From sequence record NZ_CP092205.1: a stretch of 64,000 bases of DNA; one strand, given 5' to 3'. The notes under the pieces were generated by a model, which worked only from the letters and a program-made list of their open reading frames with translations, had not been told where the DNA came from and ran no database searches. A program made the position numbers and the translations under genes. The stretch is from a plasmid. Positions 55,020-64,000 of this stretch are shown here, piece by piece (the stretch's first letter is position 1; the number at the start of each line of letters is the position of its first letter).

Positions 55020-55649
55020 TTAGAATTCTTTTGACGCAATTTTCTGTAAAGTTTCTTTTTCTAATTCTATAATAGAACAAACACAAAGTTTGCCCTTCAA
55101 ATATAATCCGGGATAGTATATTTTTTCATAAAATCTGTGGGATTCGTAGGCACCGAATTTCTTATAAAATAATCCAACACTTTTAAGATTGATTGGATAC
55201 ATTCCATAAACGATTGAGAAATCTTTTTCGATACAAAATTTGGCGGCAGCTTTGAAAGTTTCTCTTGCCGCTCTCCAACCCTCTAAACTATGAACAAACG
55301 CTAAAGAATTCCAATCGGCGACATTCTCCTCTATTACGGCGTAACGCCGTAATGGAACTTTTTCTTTTTCGTTGTAGATGACTGCATTCTCAATAGGGAT
55401 AATGTTGTACGGCTTTTTTTCAATAATACGCATGACAGAAAGAATCTCGTTATTTTTTTCAAAATAAAACCAGTAAGACCATTCATCGTAATTAAATGCA
55501 CGCCAGGGAGTGTCGCTATACCCGGCATTTGCATATGAAACACGTAAGAATTCTTTGATTTTAGAAAGTTCCTCTCTCGATTCATAACCAGAAATCATTT
55601 TGATAGATTTATTTAAAATTAATATAGACATAATTTTATTATGTCTCAT
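55020..55649 (-). CDS. hypothetical protein (possible acyltransferase-like fold)
   Basis: 209-aa ORF; weak resemblance to GNAT or autoinducer-synthase-like proteins only. Confidence 0.3.
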   Translation of the reverse strand: MRHNKIMSILILNKSIKMISGYESREELSKIKEFLRVSYANAGYSDTPWRAFNYDEWSYWFYFEKNNEILSVMRIIEKKPYNIIPIENAVIYNEKEKVPLRRYAVIEENVADWNSLAFVHSLEGWRAARETFKAAAKFCIEKDFSIVYGMYPINLKSVGLFYKKFGAYESHRFYEKIYYPGLYLKGKLCVCSIIELEKETLQKIASKEF

Positions 55650-55709
55650 TTATATTTAAAATCAAGCAAAGGTTTCTTTTTTTTATAATATTCTAATTTT
55701 CCAATCAAT

Positions 55710-56120
55710 CTATTTGTTTAAGTTTAAAACTAAATTCAATATCAATTCGTATTTATCGGATTTCGTCATTGAAAGGGCCTTTACGATTTTGAATAATTCA
55801 GCATTCTTTTTAATTTTGGTAAAAAATCGAATTTCATCATCGGTAAAATTTCCACCTCTTTTCTTATCTACAAACATATCCGCTTTACCATAGAAAACCC
55901 ATTCCGCGGAAACATCTGTTACATATTCAAATGTTATCGCCATTGGCCAAGTCAAAGGAATTTTACGATTAGCAATTCTAGAAAGATTACTCGAAGCAAT
56001 CTTCATGCGGCTTGCAATACTGTTTTGAGTTTCCCCAAAGTTTTTCTTTAAATATTCGAGGGCATAAGTAAACCGCTCTGCTATTTCCTCGCTAATTATT
56101 TCAGTATTATCATGTTCCAT
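55710..56120 (-). CDS. XRE-family HTH transcriptional regulator
   Basis: ETQNSIASRMKIASSNLSRIANRK helix-turn-helix near the N-terminus. Confidence 0.5.
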   Translation of the reverse strand: MEHDNTEIISEEIAERFTYALEYLKKNFGETQNSIASRMKIASSNLSRIANRKIPLTWPMAITFEYVTDVSAEWVFYGKADMFVDKKRGGNFTDDEIRFFTKIKKNAELFKIVKALSMTKSDKYELILNLVLNLNK

Positions 56121-56217
56121 AATTTTGCACTATGCATTTTTTTATAATTGACAAAATTGCTTGATGCAATATATAAAATGAATCATCCTAAAAACTAAAC
56201 ATTGTCCTGGTCTATAA

Positions 56218-56991
56218 ATGTCTGATTTAGATTTAGTAAAATCCGAAACCAAAAATCTATTCGAAAGCCCCGCCGTTTTCAATTCCGCTCGAAAAATTTG
56301 TAATAGGGTATTTTTTCTACCATTCTTTTTTAAATATTCTAAACAGATTCAAAACACTTTTGATTCTCGGTTACAAAATAATCTGCCAAAGAACATTCAA
56401 AATATCGACTTAGAACATATCGAATTCAAACTAAACTCGTTTCTCTTGAATAAAGACTATAACGACGAAGAGTTTCAAAAACCGGACTTTGCCGCTTTCC
56501 CTGGGTTATCAACACACCCAGCATCCCATCCTTCGGATAGAAAATTAAATACCGGCTTCACGGATTTTTTGAATTTCAAAAGATTAGAGGAATCCAAACA
56601 ACTGATTTCTATTTCTAAACTTCCGCATAATCTACTCAATATTGAGTTCGAATGCGGTTTTAACTCTCTCGCCACTTTCTATCGATCTTGTAATAAATTT
56701 TACAATTGTTCTCCCAAGGAACTACATAAGTTTTTTTTAGATAATTTATCTGTTCTTAGGAAAAAAAACATATACGAAATAAGCGCAAGAAAATTAAAAC
56801 TTTTTTCCTTAACTTACCGGATTCAAATTTTCTCCTTCCTATTACTCTGGTCAATTCTTAGATCAATTTTAAGAGTCAAACACTCATACAAATTTTATTC
56901 GTCAATAGTTAGTTACCACCTAAATCAACATAATCGAATTCGTTTCCATGATTTTATAAATCAATGGCGCCCAAGTCCTTCCAATGTTTGA
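56218..56991 (+). CDS. AraC-family HTH regulator paralogue (soluble, possibly degenerate)
   Basis: …[18 protein letters not shown]… AraC-type HTH. Paralogous to the next gene; unusual ~80-aa extension after the HTH. Confidence 0.4.
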   Translation: MSDLDLVKSETKNLFESPAVFNSARKICNRVFFLPFFFKYSKQIQNTFDSRLQNNLPKNIQNIDLEHIEFKLNSFLLNKDYNDEEFQKPDFAAFPGLSTHPASHPSDRKLNTGFTDFLNFKRLEESKQLISISKLPHNLLNIEFECGFNSLATFYRSCNKFYNCSPKELHKFFLDNLSVLRKKNIYEISARKLKLFSLTYRIQIFSFLLLWSILRSILRVKHSYKFYSSIVSYHLNQHNRIRFHDFINQWRPSPSNV

Positions 56992-57892
56992 TATGAATAC
57001 TTTCGGATTTTATTATGGTGTTTTTCTTTATTCCTGTGGGGCGACATTAGTCTGTTTTAATTTTATCTTAGGAAATTTAGACAACCCCTGGAATTATTAT
57101 AAACGCCTTTTATGGATTATTCCAATTACGATTTTTTTTTCTTATTTTATTCCGAATTTTTATTTTGTATCCATTATTGATATTCTTGGTTTCGGAATTT
57201 CTTTATTTACTACCGTCTGGGCTTTTAGAAAATTATTAATAACTCAAAAGCCGTTTTCTTACTTCAACCTTCCTGTGATTTCCCTCTTCATTTCTATTTG
57301 TTTTGTTTTAGATTTTCTTGGCGCGATTTTCGATAATAAAGATTTCTTACTGATTTCGGAATTGATTTCCGGTTTGGTGATCTGCTACACGGTTATTTTA
57401 GAACGGATATTTCCATTTTTGTTTTGTAAGGTGATCAGCTTAGATTTAGAGAATCCAATTCCAGATCATTTGTCCGAAAGCAAGCATCCTTCGAAACACA
57501 ATCTATTGGATGGCGTCGACTTAATCAAAGTCGAAATGAAACTGAATTCTTTTTTAGCGTCCAAAGGTTTTAAAGACGAGGAGCTTAGACTCCCCGATTT
57601 CGCGTCAGCCTTAGGTCTTTCCACTCATCAGGCCTCTCATTATTTGAACAAGTATCTGAGCATGAGTTATAATGATTTTTTAAATCATCACAGAATCAAT
57701 GAGGCAATCAATATGCTCCGTACCCATTCTAAATTTAATCTTTTAGATATCGCTTTTGAATGTGGATTCAATTCTTCCTCGTCTTTTCATAGGGCTTGCA
57801 TTAAATTCACGGGAAAATCCCCTTTTAAACTTAAGAGGTATATTCAGCTGAATTCCGAATCGAATATAGAAGTAGATACTCAAAATACGTAA
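56984..57892 (+). CDS. membrane-anchored AraC-family transcriptional regulator
   Basis: Four or more N-terminal TM helices, C-terminal AraC HTH (…[28 protein letters not shown]…). Confidence 0.5.
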   Translation: MFDMNTFGFYYGVFLYSCGATLVCFNFILGNLDNPWNYYKRLLWIIPITIFFSYFIPNFYFVSIIDILGFGISLFTTVWAFRKLLITQKPFSYFNLPVISLFISICFVLDFLGAIFDNKDFLLISELISGLVICYTVILERIFPFLFCKVISLDLENPIPDHLSESKHPSKHNLLDGVDLIKVEMKLNSFLASKGFKDEELRLPDFASALGLSTHQASHYLNKYLSMSYNDFLNHHRINEAINMLRTHSKFNLLDIAFECGFNSSSSFHRACIKFTGKSPFKLKRYIQLNSESNIEVDTQNT

Positions 57893-58051
57893 ATAACGTG
57901 AGTTTCGGCCTAAGAAAGTTTGGGCGAATCGCTCGCGACCGCGCTTTAACTCAATGTTGCTGCCTACGGTCGCAACATATAATTCGTTTTCGCATTTTGT
58001 TATACCGAATTCACGTTAATTTATACGAGACTCAGGTTACGAAAGTAATTA

Positions 58052-58469
58052 TCAAAGTTCGCCATAAACAGATGTTGAAGTAAATTGATTGAAATCAAAT
58101 AATTCGGAAGACTTATTAGCACCTGGAATTCCTGTTGAAGTATCGACACGATCAAATCCAGATGCTATAAAAATTTTCGATCCATTAACTAAATTAGCCG
58201 TATGTCCCGATCTCTTCGTTTGCATCTGTCCAGACCCTACAACTGTCATACTTCCTGTATCATATAACTCACAAGAAGAAAGAATAGGAGATCCCGTAAG
58301 AATTTGATTCCCCCCACATAATATAATTCTATTTGAGGCAGTAGAGACGGCAGTATGCCCTACCCTAAACTCACTTATATTTCCTACCGAAGAAAATGTA
58401 TTCAAACCTGAATCATATAATTCCACTACTTTCGTATTCGATACGAAAGGCGGAGTTGTTACTTTATAA
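58052..58469 (-). pseudogene. Kelch-repeat lipoprotein gene, 3' fragment (split by IS66 copy 2)
   Basis: Kelch-like …GHTA…LCGGN… repeats; the ORF-track start at 58507 lies inside the IS end. Confidence 0.5.
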
Positions 58470-58528
58470 GTAACCACCCAACTAACCACACCTTCCGCTA
58501 ATTTCAAAAATCTGTTAAAATCCTTTTA

Positions 58529-58816
58529 ATGAAAAAACCGAATATCGATTGGCAAAAAGAGTTTGAAGATTTTTCCAAAAGCGGACTTTCCCAGCCTCAG
58601 TATTGTAAAGAAAAAGGGATTAAATATACGACGTTTCGTTACCATTGGGAGAGACGATTAAAAAAACAGGACAAAGACGGCTTTGTAGAAGTGCCTCACT
58701 CAGCATTAAACGTTAGCTCTGCTTCAGGGTCTGAATTTTTGACTCTAAAAATAGATTCGTCAGGTAAGGCGCATCTTCAAATGAATCTTCAGTTTAGTCT
58801 TGGTATATGGAGCTAA
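58529..58816 (+). CDS. tnpA: IS66 Orf1 (TnpA-like)
   Basis: Identical to the 35770 ORF. Confidence 0.7.
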   Translation: MKKPNIDWQKEFEDFSKSGLSQPQYCKEKGIKYTTFRYHWERRLKKQDKDGFVEVPHSALNVSSASGSEFLTLKIDSSGKAHLQMNLQFSLGIWS

Positions 58817-59154
58817 ACCCGGGTAGCAGAAAAGTGTATTTGAGACCTGGGGTCACAGATTTAAGGAAGTCAATCAATACACTTGCGATCATCGTAGAGG
58901 GCAGAATGAAGAAGGACCCATATTCAGAGAGCCTATTTTTATTCTGCAATCGTAAGAAGGACAAACTGAAAATGCTTTATTGGGACAAGAGTGGATTTTG
59001 TCTTTGGCAGAAGAGATTGGAAGAAAGCAAATTTCCGTGGCCGAACACGGAGGAAGAAGTTCAAAAGATTCCCGTGGAAAGATTTCATTGGCTATTGAAC
59101 GGAATTGATTTTTTCAAGGAACACAAGAAACTAAAATATCAGAAAGTAAGCTGA
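58807..59154 (+). CDS. tnpB: IS66 Orf2 (TnpB-like)
   Basis: Identical to the 36048 ORF. Confidence 0.75.
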   Translation: MELNPGSRKVYLRPGVTDLRKSINTLAIIVEGRMKKDPYSESLFLFCNRKKDKLKMLYWDKSGFCLWQKRLEESKFPWPNTEEEVQKIPVERFHWLLNGIDFFKEHKKLKYQKVS

Positions 59155-59196
59155 AACGATTGACTAAAACTTTGTGTTGATTACAACTTCATCATC

Positions 59197-60858
<1,662 letters not shown>

Positions 60859-60866
60859 TCGCTTAC

Positions 60867-61656
60867 CTTTATAACCTCCGGTTACTAAAACATTTCCATT
60901 AGATAAAAGATTCGCCACATGCAAAGTTCGAGAAACACTTAAACTTCCTGATGAGGAAAATGTCAACGTGGTCGGATCAAAAAGCTCAGAAGTAGCGACA
61001 GTAGCTTGGCCATTATCCAATCCGCCAATGATTAAAATTTTACCATTGTTTAATTTGGTAGAAGTATGAAGGCAACGATTGAAATTTAAATTACCAGCAG
61101 GAGCAATTGTAAGGTTAGTAGGATCAAATAGTTCTACACTTCTTAAAATAGAATCTGCCTTTCCTCCTGCAATAAGCACTCTACCATCATTCAAAAGATC
61201 TAAACTAAAATCTGAACGGCCTTGATTTAAATTTGGCCCACTAATTATAGAATTTGTTAAAGGATCGTAAATTTCAGTTTGAATTAAAGGAGGAGCAGCA
61301 TTCGACGCCGCGCTTAACGGACTAGGATTACCGCCAACGATAAAGACTCTTCCATCCAATAGACGAATAGATTTAAAATTTGAACGCGCAAACCTCATGC
61401 TATTTACTTGAAATATAGTATTTTGAATAGGATCAAATTGAAAGATATCATTATATACTTTGAAACCATTTTGACCGCCTATTATCAAAATATTATTCCC
61501 GATCGGGACAGAAACATGGCCATATCTACCATATTTCTGCGCATTAATTAACAAAAGAGCAAGTAAACCTAATTTTTTAGTATCATCGTCATCTGATGGA
61601 TTACATTGCAAAAAAAGAAATGCCCCAATCAGAAATTTAACAAATAAGTATTTCAT
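60867..61656 (-). pseudogene. Kelch-repeat lipoprotein gene, 5' fragment (split by IS66 copy 2)
   Basis: Signal peptide plus lipobox (FLQC), Kelch-like GG…repeats. The ORF reads through into the IS. Confidence 0.5.
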
Positions 61657-61725
61657 ACAACTACCGCGTTTTTATTTATAATTTATTATATCAATATTCA
61701 ATTTTTTGAAAATTTTAAGACCTAT

Positions 61726-62463
61726 CTAATTCGGTGGTTCAACAGACTTGTTGTCCTCATCTAAGATCAGTCCAGAGCTGCTTTCATTTTCAGAAGGCGG
61801 CGGAATTGTTGGAGTCGCAGGTTCATCCGGAGCTGGCAATGGGCATGCTGGGGAAGGATAAACAATACATTCTCCGCACTGAATAACCCCTTGAACCATT
61901 TGACAAGTCGGGTTATCGTTTTTTGGTTTATTATTATCATTCGTGGTTCCATTTCCCCCACTTTTTAAATACGGATTTGAAAAATAAATGATTTCCATAA
62001 TATGGCTTCGCAGACTTCTTCTTTTTTCTCTACTTTTCAGTGCTTGGCCATTTTGATTATTACGAGTTGTTCTTTGTGTCCATTTTAGAATGCCCTTATA
62101 AGCGTTTTCTAAACCTTTCGTTATATCTTTCGCATTAACTTTCTTTCCTATATAGCTACGATGAAAATCTTTTCCAATACTTTTTGTACTAGGTCTATTT
62201 CCATTATGAAAATCCTTCCCGATCGCATGACCAACAATCCGATTCACCATGTGCATCAAACCGGCAACGCTTACATGACCGCTCGGATCTCGATAACTCA
62301 CCGGATTTCCAGCTCCGTCCGTGATCATCGTAATTGAGCCCAAATGATCCGGATGATAGAAATACATTCCGGTTACCGACATTCCTCCCACACTTCCACC
62401 GCCTGTCATTCCTACTCCCGGGTTTTGAATACTAGAAACTCCAGGCGCAACATTCGCTCCCAT
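61726..62463 (-). CDS. orphan RHS/polymorphic-toxin C-terminal cassette
   Basis: MYFYHPDHLGSITMITDGAGNPVSYRDPSGH resembles the RHS core end (YxxHxDHLGS…TD..G…DPxG), followed by a unique C-terminal domain. Confidence 0.5.
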   Translation of the reverse strand: MGANVAPGVSSIQNPGVGMTGGGSVGGMSVTGMYFYHPDHLGSITMITDGAGNPVSYRDPSGHVSVAGLMHMVNRIVGHAIGKDFHNGNRPSTKSIGKDFHRSYIGKKVNAKDITKGLENAYKGILKWTQRTTRNNQNGQALKSREKRRSLRSHIMEIIYFSNPYLKSGGNGTTNDNNKPKNDNPTCQMVQGVIQCGECIVYPSPACPLPAPDEPATPTIPPPSENESSSGLILDEDNKSVEPPN

Positions 62464-62533
62464 TGCAAGGAGCCAAGGAGGATCTCCTTCTTTATCGCCA
62501 TTTCACCATCCACTAATTTAATTCTTACGAGAC

Positions 62534-63103
62534 TCAACTGAAACAAATATTAGTTAAAAAAATATTAACCGCTAATCCTATAACTTCGTTTTGTTTTTTT
62601 TCGACGTTTGAAAAAGGATACAATATTCCACCCCATAGAGAATAGTATGCACTCCATGGAATTTTGATATCCAAGGCATGTATTTTCTGATTTTGCTTTG
62701 AATCAAATACAGCCATAGATATGTTGGAAATTCGATTAGAATGAATTGGAAATATTCCCGCTGAGAGTGTCCCAACTATATTAAAAAAATTAAATGGTAT
62801 GCTTGCCTCTTCCGAATATATCATCTTATATTTAAGATTATTTAATTTCTTATTTGAAGATAGTTTAGTTTCTATATATGTTACCATCGTATCCCTATTT
62901 ATATTATCAAAAAATCTAAATCTATCTTTTCTATTTTCATTTATTTTTTGATCTGGAAATTCCAATTTAATTTCTGAAAAAGACATACAGGAATTCGTGA
63001 TATTTGAATTAACCAGATGATCATAATTCTTAATTCTTCCTGTAAATACGCAGCCATGGAAAATGAAAATTGAAATGATTAACGTGCTAACTTTGTGAGT
63101 CAT
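62534..63103 (-). CDS. putative immunity protein (signal-peptide protein) for upstream toxin cassette
   Basis: Starts 1 nt after the 63104 toxin ORF stop; N-terminal signal sequence; AT-rich. Confidence 0.35.
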   Translation of the reverse strand: MTHKVSTLIISIFIFHGCVFTGRIKNYDHLVNSNITNSCMSFSEIKLEFPDQKINENRKDRFRFFDNINRDTMVTYIETKLSSNKKLNNLKYKMIYSEEASIPFNFFNIVGTLSAGIFPIHSNRISNISMAVFDSKQNQKIHALDIKIPWSAYYSLWGGILYPFSNVEKKQNEVIGLAVNIFLTNICFS

Positions 63104-63853
63104 CTAAAACATTCCTCCCGAAGACATTCCAATTCCAAAAGCCCCACCACCCGTGCCTGTTGTAGTTCCAACTACGCAGTTATAGGTCATTTGATAAGTT
63201 GTTATTGGATCATTAGTTGATAATGAACCTAAGTTCTTTTGAAAATGATTATTCATAAAAACATATGCACACGCTTGTGAATTAGGAATATGTCGACGGG
63301 AATTAGAATAATCTATTAGATCTTCTGCATCTCTCCCAATTTTAGCCAACTGATAAGCGATAATGTATGGGTTTTTGACAATTATTATAGTTACAATGCC
63401 TGCGACTGCGTCGCTTAAATCAATTGCCCATTTAACCATTTTCCGTTTAGAATCAAGCTTCTCTTGATCCATGGCATTTCCCCACAGATAACCATCATAC
63501 ATACCGTCCATAGTTCCCGTTGTTAGATATCCTAAAATAGCTCCCTTAGTTGAGCTTTTCATTCCTCTAAGTTTCGTTGGATTATGAAAGAACGTTCCAT
63601 TATGGAAAAAACGATTTCCGCCAGTCGAAATTCCATTTGCACTCAATCTTTTGTCCATGTCCTTCGAATCAAAATCCTTCCCGATCACATGACCGATCAT
63701 CCGATTCACCATGTGCATCAAACCGGCACCGCTAACATGACCACTCGGATCACGATAACTTACTGGATTCCCATCCATATACATATAACGATTCATACCA
63801 TTCACATTAGTCGGCACAACAACAGAATCCGCTTGCAAGAACCTTCCTAACAT
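63104..63853 (-). CDS. orphan RHS/polymorphic-toxin C-terminal cassette
   Basis: Frame open from 63904. Upstream in-frame remnant GLYYYKSRYCEPMLGRFLQADSVVVPTNVNGMNRYMYMDGNPVSYRDPSGH matches the RHS core tail (YYYRARYYDPxxGRFxxxDP…). Unique C-terminal domain. Confidence 0.5.
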   Translation of the reverse strand: MLGRFLQADSVVVPTNVNGMNRYMYMDGNPVSYRDPSGHVSGAGLMHMVNRMIGHVIGKDFDSKDMDKRLSANGISTGGNRFFHNGTFFHNPTKLRGMKSSTKGAILGYLTTGTMDGMYDGYLWGNAMDQEKLDSKRKMVKWAIDLSDAVAGIVTIIIVKNPYIIAYQLAKIGRDAEDLIDYSNSRRHIPNSQACAYVFMNNHFQKNLGSLSTNDPITTYQMTYNCVVGTTTGTGGGAFGIGMSSGGMF

Positions 63854-64000
63854 TGGCTCGCAATACCTCGATTTGTAATAATATAAACCGGACTCTTTCT
63901 GTTATTGTAATTTTTGCGAGGCTCAGGTAAATTATTGCTTTCAACCGGCAAAGACTCACACCATACTTCTCTAGGTGCATTCCTATAGAAACTCGCAAAA

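Noticed and set aside
62344-63850. Plus-strand ORFs 62344-62541 and 63584-63850 overlapping the RHS cassettes
   Set aside because: His/Thr/Ile-rich translations of the antisense strand of conserved toxin-cassette DNA; shadow ORFs.

Overview
AT-rich, Leptospira-like window. Positions 1 to about 47.3 kb are a degraded contractile-tailed prophage or phage-plasmid. It has a head module (protease-like, scaffold, capsid candidate) and a tail module (sheath, tube, chaperone with an A9 frameshift tract, split tape-measure, baseplate J-like, gpV-like spike, LysM protein, fibres). It also has a portal-like gene, a lysis cassette (L,D-peptidase-like lysin, holin, u-spanin-like, terminator) and two giant polyvalent proteins (pyrophosphatase plus ParB/Srx domains; N6-adenine methyltransferase plus HExxH zincin). 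The prophage is damaged by an IS66-family insertion in a tail-fibre gene, a roughly 90-bp repeat element splitting the tape-measure, and frameshifts in a repeat-fibre gene. It carries morons: a DUF3800-like gene with a GC-rich structured leader, and a NYN nuclease with a lipoprotein inside the tail cluster. Downstream lie an AT-rich defence-like island (DGQHR/DndB-like protein translationally coupled to an unknown partner, convergent Mrr-like nuclease) and an IS481-family IS. Further on come an Rpn-family nuclease with a duplicated stand-alone C-terminal tail, an XRE regulator with tandem AraC regulators, a second near-identical IS66 copy inside a Kelch-repeat lipoprotein gene, and two orphan RHS/polymorphic-toxin C-terminal cassettes with an immunity-like gene. 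No tRNA, rRNA, CRISPR, integrase or large terminase was recognised.
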